Assembly: GCF_963676685.1 (NCBI RefSeq)
Contig: NC_092353.1
Location: 34,782,001-34,846,000, forward strand
Length of the DNA: 64,000 nucleotides
Source of the DNA: Mytilus edulis
Lineage: Eukaryota
Reading direction: 5' to 3'
Part shown: piece after piece, positions 47,501-62,500 of the stretch
How positions within the stretch are numbered: the stretch's first letter is position 1
Layout: each line of letters starts with the position of its first letter
Notes under the pieces: generated by a model
Told to the model about the DNA's origin: nothing
Database searches by the model: none
What the model saw: only the letters and a program-made list of their open reading frames with translations
Made by a program: the position numbers and the translations under genes

Positions 47501-50500
47501 CAATTTTAATAATTAATAGGTCACTCTCTTGACCATTGAAAACTGACCGTATAAGAAAGGTGACCTTTGAATTGGGGTTCAAAAGGCATAGGTATAACTA
47601 TAGCAGGATGAAAAGAGGCTGACCTAATAAGACAGGTCTTTGCTTAATAAACAGACATTTATAACATCTTTATATCGTCCTGAATATGCATGAAATATTT
47701 GCCACTGGACGCTAAGCAACCAACAATCAATCAATCAATCAATTAAGATTATACTTACCAGATTGTTATTTAGGTTTTTGTTCAGATCTTTGTCATATGG
47801 CTTTTCCAGCTCATTGGTAGTAGTAAGTACACTCGAATTAGTTTCTGAAATAAAACATGATCAGAGTGAAGAAAACATAAGCTAGGTTTCCTTGTTTTCT
47901 TTCCAGAAAAAATTGCAAAGAAAGTTTTATACCCATAAAGAAAATATTTGTTTACATATTTTTTTGGGTATATTTTCAATGAATTTCATGACGTAAACAA
48001 GTGCTACTATTGCGCTTTCCATTTTGACTAGAGGAACTTCTGTGTTAGAAATGAACTCTTCATCAAGTAAAATATTCTTTTCACCATTCTGTAAAATTAC
48101 AACTTTCACAGAATACATGTGACTTAAATAGATGACTACAGGTCAGGGTCATGAACTGATTGTTAGACATGAGAAATTATCTGTATCCTAGATTTTTTAT
48201 GGAAAATTTGAACCCAAAGTAAATTTCAATATTGCTTGGTCTTTATTTTAGCAATTTAAAAGATGTGATGTTAACCATCTAACTAGTTGAACTTATTGCT
48301 CAGGGATAATGACAAATTTGCCGGTATTTCAAAGGAAAATTACTTATGAAATCAGTCTGATGAAGGCTTAGGAATCCGGGTGAAAACGGGTCATTTTTGG
48401 AATTCCCAGGATATTTAATCTTGAAATTCAGTTTGAAAAAGTTATGACCTAAGATTTCATTCCGCGGCGCCCCATTCTTCAATGCAGGTCATGACCTGCA
48501 TTTTCATTGTCACAGGTTGACAGGCTGGTGTGTGCTTGTTTAAAAGTATATTTCAATAATTCTAGATCATTTTTTGCTACTGATAATTAACTCAGATGAA
48601 ATCAGTAATCAGTTACTCACTTTTTGGACTTGATTTAGGAGATCCTTCAGTAAAACTTGTCTGGGTTGTTAGTCGCGTCTTTGTGACCTGATGTGAACAT
48701 ATATATAAAATGAAGTTTTCCAAATATCTTACATTTCAATGGGGAATAACTCCCTTAAATGTATTTTTTAATCTGAAATATAGCTGATGTAAACCCGACA
48801 TAAAATCATTACACTCCAATAACACATGTATAGGTATGCGAGCGGTTACAATACTGATTTTACATAATATTTACATTTCAAAAGAGCATAATTAAAAAAA
48901 AAACATAAAAACATATTGACTCTCTAACTCATCAAAGATATTGCAGATGTTAACCTTTGAAATCAGTCTCATTAAATCTTCGCTGAGAAATGTAGGCCGA
49001 GGGCAGATACAATGTTGATTTTCCTGTTAAATTTATATTGTGTGCTGTTATCAAATAAATGTAACTAAAACTTGAAACTGGCAGTTGTTTTGAATATGTG
49101 CCTAGTGGTGTTGCTTTAAAAGCAACATAACAGACAACTGTTGGATACAATAAAAGTTTACAGAAGAATATATATATTTTTTCATAATAACAAATTTGTA
49201 TAATTTGAAATAATGAACATTACCACATTCATATTAAAAAGTCTGCATCTATGTCACGCGTTTTCACACCCTTTTGACATGTCATGTCATGTGATGACAT
49301 GATTTCCTATTGTCAGAGGTTGGCAAGTATGATTTTCCATATTATTCATATTTGCAAGGGACATAAGTCCCTAAAATATTCTATTGACCCTGATTTACAA
49401 CTATTTGCTGTTATTAATTTAATATAGATAAATTATGACACAAGAGTGTATACAAAATGGATTTTCCATTCATTTGACAATTTTCAAAAACATTCATTGG
49501 TGCTAACTTTCAAACTCACATATGTTACTGGTGTAAATATTTGACATGCATTTCATCAAATTAGAATGAACAAAAATGTGTCCCCAGTACATGGATGCCC
49601 CATCCATACTATCATTTTCTATGTTCAGTGGACCGTGAAAATGGAGAAAAAAACCTCTAATTTGGCATTAAAATTAGAAAGATCATATCATAGGGAACAT
49701 GTGTACTCAATTTCAAGTTGATTGGACTTCAACTTCAACATAAACTACCTTGACCAAAGAACTTTAACCTGAAGCGGGACAGACGGATGAACGGGCAGAC
49801 CAACAGATCCACAGACCAGAAAACATAATGCCCCCCCCCCACTATCGTAGGTGAGGCATAAAAAAGTAGGTGTTAGAGTGCTAACAATTTCAAAATTTCC
49901 ATATTTTTTTAATTTCCATGGGTATAAACAGGTGCCCCAAAAATAATCATCTGCCCCTGATGTTTGAAATCATCCAAGATATAACTGATATTTAACTTTG
50001 ACATGAATTGTTTTATGTTCAAAGGTTGGTTTAAGTGTGCTTTCAATGTCAGTTTTCGTATATTATACATTTTCAAGGGGCATAATTCTCATAAAAATAA
50101 ACATTTGGCCTGATTTTTGAACAAATCTTTGAATATTGTTGAAGCTAACTCAAATGTTTACAATTTAAACTAGAGGCTCTTAAGAGCCTGTGTTGCTCAC
50201 CTTGGTCTATTTGCATATTAAACAAAGGACACAGATGGATTCTTGACAAAATTGTGTTTTGGTGATGGTGATGTGTTTGTAGATCTTACTTTACTGAACA
50301 TTCTTGCTTCTTACAATTATCTCAATTTTTAATGAACTTGGCCCATTAGTTACAGAGGAAAATATTTTGTTAAAATTTACAACCAGATGCTCCGCAGGGA
50401 GTAGCTTTATACGACCGCAGAGGTTGAACCCTGAACTGTTGGGTTAAGTATGGACACAACATTCAAGCTGGATTCAGCTCTAAATTTGGATTGTGATTAA

Positions 50501-53500
50501 ATAGTTGACACAGCATAGGTTTCTGACACAGAATGAATGTGGTCTAATGAACTTAAAATACTTTTTTTTCCTTTGAGCAATTCACTATGCTGTTGAATAT
50601 TAATCCTCTCAAAAAAATGTTTGAAGAAATTTTCTTTTTATTTATGAAATCTGAAATGAGAAAAATTTAACCCCCCCCCATTTTTTTTTCCACATCCCCC
50701 TTTCCCTTTTTCCAAAACTGATCTCAATTAAAATATCTAATGGAGTTGTATATTGTATAAAACAATGATTTAAGTTGATTCAACTACTATTCTGGACAAA
50801 GAAAGATAACTCCAATCAATTGAAAATTTCTTGCTATATTGTCAATTAGATATTTCTTGCTATTGCACAATACTGTGCAATTGAAAATATTTGCTATTGC
50901 ACAATACTGTGCAATTGAAGATTTCTTGCTATTGCGCAATACTGTGCAATTGAAAATTTCTTGCTATTGCACAATACTGTGCAATTGAAGATTTCTTGCT
51001 ATTTGCTGAATACTGTGCAATTGAAAATTTCTTGCTATTGCACAATACTTAATATAATAATTTTGGATCCTGATTTGAACCAACTTGAAAACTGGGCCCA
51101 TAATCAAAAATCTAAGTACATGTTTAGATTCAGCATATCAAAAAAGCTCAAGAATTCAATTTTTGTTAAAATCAAACTTAGTTTAATTTTGGACCCTTTG
51201 GACTTTAATGTAGACCAATTTGAAAACGGGACTAAAAATTAAGAATCTACATACACAGTAAGATTTGGCATATCAAAGAACCTCAATTATTCAATTTTTG
51301 ATGAAATCAAACAAAGTTTAATTTGGACCCGATTTGGACCAACTTGAAAATTGGGCCAATAATAAAAAATCTAAGTACATTTTTAGATTCAGCATATCAA
51401 AGAACCCCAAGGATTCAATTTTTGTCAAAATCAAACTAAGTTTAATTTTGGACCCTTTGGACCTTAATGTAGACCAATTTGAAAACGGGACCAAAAATTA
51501 AGAATCTACATACACAGTTAGATTCAGCATATATCAAAGAACCCCAATTATTCAATTTTTGATGAAATCAAACTAAGTTCAATTTTGGACCCTTTGGGCC
51601 CCTTATTCCTAAACTGTTGGGACCAAAACTCCCAAAATTAAACCCAACCTTCCTTTAGTGGTCATAAACCTTGTGTTTAAATTTCATAGATTTCTATTTA
51701 CTTTAACTAAAGTTATGGTGCGAAAAACCTAGAATAATGCTTACTTGGGCCTCTTTTTGGCCCCTAATTCCTAAACTGTTCAGACCTCAACTCCCAAAAT
51801 CAATACCAACCTTCCTTTTGTGGTCATAAAACCTTGTGTTTAAATTTCATTGATTTCTATTTACTTAAACTAAAGTTATTGTGCGAAAACCAAGAATAAT
51901 GCTTATTTGGGCCCTTTTTTGGCCCCTAATTCCTAAACTGTTAGAACCAAAACTCCCAAAATCAATCCCAACCTTCCTTTTGTGGTCATAAACCTTGTGT
52001 CAAAATTTCATAGATTTCTATTTACTTAAACTTAAGTTATTGTGCGAAAACCAAGAAAATGCTTATTTGGGCCCTTTTTGGCCCCTAATTCCTAAAATGT
52101 TGGGATCAAAACTCCCAAAATCAATCCCAACCTTCCTTTTGTGGTCATAAATCATGTGTTAAAATTTCATAGATTTCTATTCACTTTTACTAAAGTTAGA
52201 GTGCGAAAACTAAAAGTATTCGGTCGACGACGACGACGCCAACGTGATAGCAATATACGACGAAAAATTAAAATTTTTGCGGTTGTATAAAAATTTACAA
52301 AATTTACAAAATTATTAAAAAATGGCTATAAAAGCCAATAACTCCTTAAGGGGTCAACTGACCTTTTTGATTAAGTATGGTTAAATTTGGCCCAGTAGTT
52401 TTAGAGGAGAAGATTTTTGTAAAAGATAAGAAAAAATTACAAAAAAATGGTAAAAAAATGACTATAAAGGGCAATAACTCCTTAAGGGGCCAACTGACCA
52501 TTTTAGTCATACTACCTTATTTGTAGATCTTACTTTGCTGAACATCATTGCTGTTTACAGTGTATCTCTATCTATAATAATATTCAAGATAATAGCCAAA
52601 CTAGAGGCTCTAAAGAGCCTGTGTCGCTCACCTTGGTCTATGTGCATATCAAACAAAGGACACAAATGGATTCATGACAAAATTGTATTTTGGTGATGGT
52701 GATGTGTTTGAAGTTCTTACTTTACTGAACGATTTTGCTTCTTACAATTATATCTATAATGAACTTTGCCCATTAGTAACAGAGAACTATATTTGGTAAA
52801 AATTTACATAAATTTACCAAATTAATGAAAATTGTTAAAAATTGACTATAAAGGGCAATAACTCCTTAAGGGGTCAATTGACCATTTAGGTCATGTTGAC
52901 TTATTTGTAGATCTTACTTTGCTGAACATTATTGCTGTTTACAGTTTATCGCTATCTATAATAGTATTCAAGATAACCAAAAACGGCAAAATTTCTTTAA
53001 AAATTACCAATTGGAGGGCAGCAACCCAACAACCAGTTGTCCAATTTATCTGAAAAATTCAGGGCAGATAAATATTGACTTGATTAACAATTTAACTTCA
53101 TGTCAGATTTGCTCTAAATGCTTTGGTTTCATAGTTATAAGCCAAAAACTGCATTTACCCCTATGTTCTATTTTTAGCCGTGGTGGCCATCTTGGTTGAA
53201 TGGCCAGGTCATCGGACACATTTTTCAAACTAGATACCCCAAAGATGATTGTGGCCTAGTAGTTGCAGTGGAGATTTTGTAAAAGATTACTTAGATTTAT
53301 GAAAAATGGTTAAAAATTTACTATAAAGGGCAATAACTCCTAAAGGGGTCAACTGACCATTTCGGTCATGTTGACTTATTTGTAAATCTAACTTTGCTGA
53401 ACATTATTGATGTTTACAGTTTATCTCTATCTATAATAATATTCAAGATAATAACCAAAAACAGCAAAATTTCCTCAAAATTACCAATTCAGGGGCAGCA

Positions 53501-56500
53501 ACCCAACAACGGGTTGACTGATTCAACTGAAAATTTCAGGGCAGATAGATCTTGACCTGATAAACATTTTTATCCCATGTCAGATTTCCTCAAAATGCTT
53601 TGGTTTTTGAGTTATAAGCCAAAAACTGCATTTTACCCCTATGTTCTATTTTTAGCTGTGGCGTCCATCTTAGTTGGTTGACCAGGTCACGCCACACATT
53701 TTTTAAACTAGATACCCCAAAGATGATTGTGGCCAAGTTTGGATTAATTTGGCCCAGTAGTTTCAGAGGAGAAGATTTTTGTAAAAGATTACTTTAATTT
53801 ACGAAAAATGGTTAAAAATTGACTATAAAGGGCAATAACTCCTAAACGGGTCAACTGACCATTTTGGTCATGTTGACTTATTTGTAGATCTTACTTTGCT
53901 GAACATTATTGCTGTTTACAGTTTATCTCTATCTATAATAATATTCAAGATAATAACCAAAAACAGCAAAATTTCCTCAAAATTACAAATTCAGGGACAG
54001 CAACCCAACAACCGATTGACCGATTCATCTGAAAATTTCAGGGCAGATAGATCTTGACCTGATAAACATTTTCAACCCAGTCAGATTTCCTCAAAATGCT
54101 TTGGTTTTTGAGTTATAAGCCAAAAACTGCATTTTACCCCTATGTTCTATTTTTAGCCGTGGCGGCCATCTTTGTTGGTTGACCAGGTCACGCCACACAT
54201 TTTTTTTTAACTAGATACCCCAAAGATGATTGTGGCCAAGTTTGGATTAATTTGGCCCAGTAGTTTCAGAGGAGAAGATTTTTGTAAAAGATTACTTTAA
54301 TTTACGAAAAATGGTTAAAAATTGACTATAAAGGGCAATAACTCCTAAAGGGGTCAACTGACCATTTTGGTCATGTTGACTTATTTGTAAATCTAACTTT
54401 GCTGAACATTATTGCTGTTTACAGTTTATCTCTATCTATTATAATATTCAAGATAATAACCAAAAACAGCAAAATTTCCTCAAAATTACCAATTCAGGGG
54501 CAGCAACCCAACAACCGATTGACCGATTCATCTGAAAATTTCAGGGCAGATAGATCTTGACCTGATAAACATTTTTACCCCATGTCAGATTTGCTCTAAA
54601 TGCTTTGGTTTTTGAGTTATAAGCCAAAAACTGCATTTTACCCCTATGTTCTATTTTTAGCCGTGGCGGCCATCTTGGTTGGTTGACCGGGTCACGCCAC
54701 ACATTTTTTAAACTAGATATCAAATGATGATTGTGGCCAAGTTTGGTTTGATTTGGCCCAGTAGTTTCAGAGGAGAAGATTTTTGTAAAAGCTAACGCCG
54801 GACGACGGACGCAAAGTGATGAGAAAAGCTCACTTGGCCCTTTGGGCCAGGTGAGCTAAAAAGGTATAATTTCCTTATAATTGCCAATTCAGGGGCAGCA
54901 ACCCAACAACCGGTTGTCCGATTAGTCGGAAAATTTCAGGGCAGATAGATCTTTACCCAACAAACAATTTACCCCCCATATCAGATTTGCTCTAAATGCT
55001 TTGGTTTCAGAGTTATAAGCCAAAATCTACATTTTACCCCTATGTTCTATTTTTAGCCATGGCAGTCATCTTGGTTGGTTGGCCGGATCACGCCACACAT
55101 TTTTTAAACTAGATACCCCAATGATGATTGTGGCCAAGTTTGGTTTAATTTGGCCTAGTAGTTTCAGAGGAGAAGATTTTTGTAAAAGCTAACGCGGGAC
55201 GATGACGACGCCGGATGACGCCGGACGCAAAGTGATGAGAAAAGCTCACTTGGCCTTTTGGGCCAGGTGAGCTAAAAAAAACCAGGATTGATAAAGAGAA
55301 CTGCAAGTGTGAAAACATTTACAATGACAGATGTGCATCAGCACTTTCAACCTGATTATCAATAGACATTAGCAACATCAGCAGGAACTGCTCATCCTTC
55401 ATCAGCAGCTATGTTCAGCTCCAGTTTTTTTTCTAAGATTTTTCAGCAATGTTTTTTTTTCTAACTAAGTTATTGTCTATCCTTTCAGAGTTCCTTTGCA
55501 ATTTTTTTTAGCTCAAGACCAAAATACAACATGTATTGATGGTGTTAAGCAAAAATTTGTTTCTTACTTAATCAAGGTGATAGATGAAAATGTGTCATTA
55601 TAGTATTGTTTCAAAGTCATCTATTAATTATCCATGGTGTATTAACCATAGAATAAGGTTAGGTGTCTTATACTTTTCATCTGCTATGAATGAAAGATTT
55701 TAAATTTAGAGCCGTTAATATTTTAAGTTTTCTTTCAACTATGTAAGTAAATTGACTAAATCAAAGTATGTCTGTCTATAAAACCAGCTATTTACATGTA
55801 GCTCCTAAATTAAAACAAAGTAAATAAACGTACTTACTGTGTTTGAAAAGGAGTCAAAACGAGAGGTTTTTTTCTTCTTATTACGGTGTTTAATTGCCTC
55901 GTTTACCTGTAAACATCAAAACAAATATTTTAGGTATCTGACTTTCATGCATTGTATACAAATAGTATAAATCTAACAAGTTGATTGATTGATAAGTGTT
56001 TAACACCACTTTCAACACTATTGTGCTATTTCATGTCAGTTTTCGTTGGTGGAGAAAACCGGAGTGCCCAGAGAGAACCATGGATTTTTGGTAGGAAAAC
56101 TGACTATCCTAGTCAATTGAAATTGAAGTCAAGTGCACATGTCCCGTGCCATATCTAAACTCAAAACCTCGGTGTTGACAGCCTAGTAATACAGTATTTC
56201 AACTACTTAGACCACTCGGCCACCAAAGCACCTAAATCTAAACCTAAAATCTAAAGAAAGTCAGACATGTGCTAAGGGAGATAAATCTACATCAGTAATT
56301 GTCTTTATAGTAGTCAGTATCATTATAGTTTTAGCATCATGTGTAACAGAATTTTAATAATGTGGTCCTTTGAGGCTTAGAATGTTTATATGGAAATGGT
56401 TTTCAAAAATGTAACAGTAATTTTTTTAGGATATAATAATGATCCATAACCAAGTGCTGCCTCCTCAAATTTAAATCTGACCTGACCATTAATTCAATCT

Positions 56501-59500
56501 CATATGCCTTGTTTCCCTAAACTTTTATGATGTTGGCTTATATCAAAAAGATAAAGCAAGATTGAAATTAAATTTCATAAACAATGAAATGTACTATAGT
56601 CGCTGTCAGCTGAAATTCGTAGCGGTTATCGGTAAAAATAACCTAAACTATCAACCACGTTCTCTTGTGATATAGTTTTTCACATTCCGTTCATAAATCG
56701 CTTAAAGAAAAACCACTACTGACCTACCTTTTAAGTGATTACACTGTGATAATCCTGACCTTCACATTTTCCAAGTCGATTTTGAATGGTGGAATCCGCC
56801 ATTGTTTTTTTACTGGAAGTGTTTCTGTGGAGTTCAGAAAATTTGCATAAAGTGCGGGAAACTTTATCACATCAATGACAAGAACATTACAGGAAACTCC
56901 CAAAGTGACGCATGTCATATGTAAACAAAGGATCCTCATAGAAACGAAGATGGCAGAATTACAATGGTAAACATTCTGGACTAGATGTGTCAAAGCGACA
57001 CGAATGGCCTGTCCCAAAAAGTTGAAAAATCTGCAATTTCAATATAAACACATTTGGACACAAACACAATGGTAAGCCTCACATATCAAAAATCATCTCA
57101 AATCTGGGGGGGAAAAGAGAAAAAATCCGTATAACTGTGATTTTCAATAATTTATCAAAGTCCAAAGCCTGTAATTTCAGCGAAAATAAGCAGAGCGGAT
57201 CGAAACTTAAGCTTGACCTATAACTAATCATGGTTAACTCGCATACCAAAAATCAGCCCAATATCTGAAGGCTTTTAGAAAAAAAGTCCGTATAACTGTG
57301 ATTTTCAACAATTTCTCAAAGTCCAAAGCCCTTAATTCGGCAAAAATTAGTGGAGCGGAACGAAAATCTGTAACTCATCATGGTTAACTCACATACCAAA
57401 AATCAGCCCAATATCTGAAGGCGTTTTATAACTGTGATTTTCAACAATTTCTCAAATTCCAAAGCCCGTAATTTCAGCAAAAATTAGTGGAGTGGAACAA
57501 AACTTAAACTTGATCTGTAACTCATCATGGTTAACTCACAAACCAAAAATCAGCCCAATATCTGAAGGCGTTTAGAAAAAACTCTGTATAATGGTTTGTT
57601 GCGGAATGACGGAATGACAGAATTACAGAAGGTCAGGATTATGACAGTGCGATCACTTTTAAAGGTTGGTCAGTATTGGGGTTTTTTGGACGATTTATGA
57701 ATGGAATGTGAAAAACTATATCTCGAGTGAACGCGATTGATAGTTTGGATTATTTTTACAAATAATGAATATTTCATTCGTAAAAAAATCCTCCTGTGTC
57801 CATCTGGACCATCCAAAACCACCTCTAAATCTAGTCCGTGTAGTATAACTTAATTAGTCAAGTTTTCTGCTTTTGTTTGTACTAAAGTTACTATTGTTTT
57901 TCTTACTGGTATGGTCTCAGCTGTCCAGTTAGTTACACAGTTTTCATTATTATCAATCTTCTGATGTTACCCTGATTGAAAATGAGACTTTCTATATTAT
58001 TTTATGTATATGCTTACCCTTTTGTCCATCAGGCAGTGAAATATGAAAATAAAAAATCCCTGTAAAAGAAAAATTAGAAATTAAATACAATGGCTCTGTG
58101 TAAATTAAAAAAGATATAAAAAGATATACACATAAATGTAAACAATAAATGCTTATTGAATATAAAATGCCATTCTTGTTTGCTGTTTTTAACATAATTG
58201 AAAATGTCAACAAAAAAGGCATGACTTGTCTCCCTTTGACTGTACACTTTTATATCAGATGTGCTATTCCAGAGTTTAAACAAAGCTAATCTGAATTCTT
58301 ATAACATTTTTTTAAAATGATTACTTCCCATGAACAACAAAACAGGTGCCACAAACGAAGCAGGAATTGCTGAACCCTTTCAGAGCATCTGAGTTCCCAC
58401 ATGCTATGTGGGGAGAGTAGCGTAAGTTTTGTGTACTGTAAAAAAGTGTTTTGAGGACAGTTGGCACCTCATTTGGTCATCTGGTCATTGCAGAGGTGAT
58501 TCCAGCCATTTTTAAAAGGGGGTTCCAAACCAGGGTAAAAGGGGGAAGAGTGGTGGTCTAACCATTTCCCATCTCAAAAGCATAGATCATAAAAAAAAGT
58601 TGGGTTCCAACCCTGGGTATCCCCCTCCCTACATAGTGTTATGTTCTTTTCACTTATGGTTTTTGATTACCCCTTTATATCTGCTTACTTTTGTTTTTTC
58701 ACCATTATATTATTCTATTAATTCTAAAAAGATCAGTAAATACCTGTAATGAGTTGAATATTGCAAAAAGATATTGGAATACTACCAAATCTTTTGACAT
58801 AGATAGTACGCCAAAAACCCATGTTACACCAAACAAAGGAGCAAGTACACAAATACTTCTTACACCAGTTCTACAAAAAATAAATGTATTCTGTTATAAT
58901 ATATATAAAGTATCTGAAGATTATTTTTTGAGTATGTAATTTGAGTTTGCTTTATTTTCATTAGCCTCTATTCTAGAGGTGTAACTGGTTGACTTGCATA
59001 ACCAAATTGAAATCTGTGGTACAAACAAGTCTTAATCTGATAAGAGAAGGTTACTAGAATTGGACAATAAATTGAGCAAGATAATAGGGCCAAGACCACA
59101 ATTAATGACCCCGCTTTTCGTTGCCCACGAATATTACCAAGTTCCTTTTAGTTATTAGAGTGTATTTTTCCTTACTTTTTTTTCTTTCCCTTCCTCACTC
59201 ATTTCTTAAGGTGGCTCATGGGTACAAAAATTTCAGCAAAAAATTGAACCTTTATTTTTTCATTACACATTTTATTTATTACACTATTAGTTATTACTTT
59301 ATGATATGGTAAAAAAATCAATCCAAAAAATCGATTCAGTTTGGCCCCAGATGACTTTTTAAATGTTTATATCATTGAAAAAGCTCCAAATTATCTCCCT
59401 TTGGTGCAAAAATGCCAGTTTTTGGCATTAAATTTGAAATATCTTTTTCAACCCCTCATTGACCTATATTTTTTATTATTGTTTTCAAATAAGCTGTACA

Positions 59501-62500
59501 TAAACTAAATAATTGTAAAATTTAAGCGATTTCTGTAATTAGGTTATTTTTTTATTTCGATATTACCTCTATTTCTCCTATTAGTTCAACACAAAAAAAG
59601 GACATTAACAAAAATGTATGCTTCTTCCGGAGGCAAATTGTGAGCTTAAATGAACGGTGACCCCATTTTTTTATTTCATTTTTCTTTTAAGTATATGATT
59701 AAAGTTCATTTATAAAAAAATATAGCGAAATCCTATATTAGAAAAAAAAATTGATTTATACCCAGGAGCCCCCTTAAGATTGTTTTGATGGAAATGAAAG
59801 AAGAGAGGTGAAATAAATTTTTGGATGTTGCATTTAAACTGATTTTGATATGGAATGAGTGATTAGGCCAAGTGCAAAAAGGTAATATTTACAGTTTTCG
59901 GAACATCTCTTGACTTGTCAATAGGGGTATGGATGTGTATTGGCTAAATTTGTAAAAGTGATTGGTTCAATCTTTCTGTATTTTGGATATATATTTGGAC
60001 TAGGACTATACATTACACACACAAAAAATTTGACAAAAATGCATGGTGCAGTTTTTTTAATGATGCAAAATGATATAAAGAACTGATAGAGGAATTAATT
60101 GTGGTCTGTGGCCATAATATACTCCCCTGTAGTCTAATACCAACTCCAAATAAGTATCAGTAATATAATGCCGTGTTCTGCTGGGGTCAATTGCATCATC
60201 ATAACAACTTTCATTAGTATAGTTTATTATCTTAATTTTATAATTGAGCTGATTCAAAGTCGTAATTAAATAGTATTTTGCATTCAACTTCATTCTTTGT
60301 TTGAGTTTATGCTCATTGTTAAACACTGTGCTGAGTATTTTGACTTTATTTTTTACTCTTCTTCACCATTTTTTTTCTTTCTGATTCTTTCATGTGATTA
60401 TAAATGTTCCATATGGTTTCTGTTTAACAAACTATTAAATACAATCTCAAATTCTCTACTCTTATATATTATACATCTCATGACATTTATGTAGTAGTAC
60501 ACTTACTTTGTTTTTTCTAGTGTTGATTTTGATTGATTTGATCTACCAGCTTTACTACTCATAGCCCTAAACAAAGTCCTTATAACTAAAGCCAGTATAA
60601 CAAGATTCACCTGAAATAGAATTTAAAAACCCCTGCTAACAGTAAGGAATCTATACAGAGCCTTATAATCAGCTTACAGGGTTTAACAATATTAATGCCT
60701 CTGACGCTGATTATACAGCACCCAAACTAAAATGTTCAAAAACATATTTTCTATCCAAGGACCGTGTTTTCAAGAACTAACTGTCAGACAAATGGAACAA
60801 AATCCAAATTCAATATGTAATTCATTATTATGCACTATTGTTCCAAAAAATAAGACAAATATCTGTAAACATTAAAGAAAGTAGGGCTTTCAATGATGAT
60901 ATTGTCAGATTTTTTGAACGCTTCCCTTTTTTTAATGTCAAGAAATCCTAATATTTTAGACACAAAGACATGGGTAAAGCACTTGGTCAAATATTTTTGA
61001 AATTATAAAATGCATATGATTTCCCTTAGATAAAAGAAAGATCCAGTTTCCTTAAAGTTACAATTCTCATACATACCAACACAATAACTAAAGCAGGTCC
61101 TATAAATGCCCATATTAGTCCATTATCTACAGACAGCCAGCAACTGAAAGACATTACATCATGTACATGCAATGTATGAAGTTACGATATAATTTACTTA
61201 AATAAATTTCTTAATTTTATAAATTGGTATTTTTAATCAAGGTTGTGAATGTCCTAGTGAATTAGTTTCGCTAATTTTTGTGCTATTTTCACATTTCCTG
61301 ACCGGTTTTAAAAAAATATTTCTTCTTACTAGTGAAAAATCTGTTCTCAGCAAATGATTGGTTGAAATTAAATTGTGACTTTAAATTTTCTTTTTTTCTT
61401 CTGAATTTTCTTATTGTCACGTCAAAAAAAAGGCGACCATGCCTGATGACGTCACATCAAAACTACACAACTGTCCTCAAATCTTTGAAAAGGAAGGATA
61501 AAAATCATATTAAAGAGAAAAAGATTTCACCACTGTAACTCGTGTATTACGATACTTCTCCACTCTCAACAGTTAAATTTTAATTATTTAAAAAGCTCGT
61601 AAAGCCTCAAGCTTTATAAATATTAAAAATTTAACTGTCTCGAGTGGAAAAATATCGTAGTACACTTGTTGCAGTTGTGAAATCTATATATCTCATACAT
61701 GTCATTTTCTATATCTAATTACTGTAAAATCAGAAGTTCTTGCGATTTTTTTATTATTGCAATGCTTTAATTATTGCCAAAAATGCAACAGAGTTATAAT
61801 CACAATAATTTAAACTCACATTCGGAAATTTTTAGTATGAATTAAACAGGAACTTTCTCAATATCGCAAAAATTGGGCCTAAAAAAAAAAATGTTGTGTT
61901 TCCGATCACCACCTTGAAATTTTGAAGGGACGGTAGGTAGGGATTTTTTTTTTTTTTTATAATATTAATATATAAAACTCAATTTCCAGTTACCAGACAA
62001 AAGTTTGGGATTTAATAGAAAGAGATTGATTACCCACTTTAAAAATCTCCCCGAGATAATTTTTAGTTTACCCCTTTTAAAATCCCCCTGAAATAACTTT
62101 TAGTTTACCCCCTTTTAAAATACCCCTGAAAAAAAACCTAAAATAAAATTTGGGCAGCACTTCCCCATGGAAATTAGCTTTTTAAACCCAATTCCCCCAT
62201 TTCAGGACCAAAAGTTTGGGATTGTCAGAGAAAGAAATTGAGAAGATGTGGGGCAGATTCATTTATAGGAACATGAACCAAACATCATCCCAAACCTACA
62301 GATAGACAAATATATTATATACACTGTACTTGGCAGGACACTTTCTTTTGGCAAAGCATCTGGCTTTTCATCAGAATGTCTAAAGCGTTGATTGGCTGAC
62401 CAGTTTCAGATGGATTAATATCAGGTTCATTTTGAAGAAGGGTCTGGCATGAAAATTTGATAAATTTAATTCCAAAAGATTGCATTGTTCAAACAGTTGT

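Noticed and set aside
56190-56226. tRNA gene
   Set aside because: Only an A-box-like head joined to SINE core and tail; no complete cloverleaf.
57907-57971. Candidate GPCR exon with AG/GT ends
   Set aside because: Stops in all three frames and only ~46 nt from the previous exon.
60057-60326. 89-codon ORF in a GPCR intron
   Set aside because: No recognisable homology; neighbouring 7TM exons join without it.
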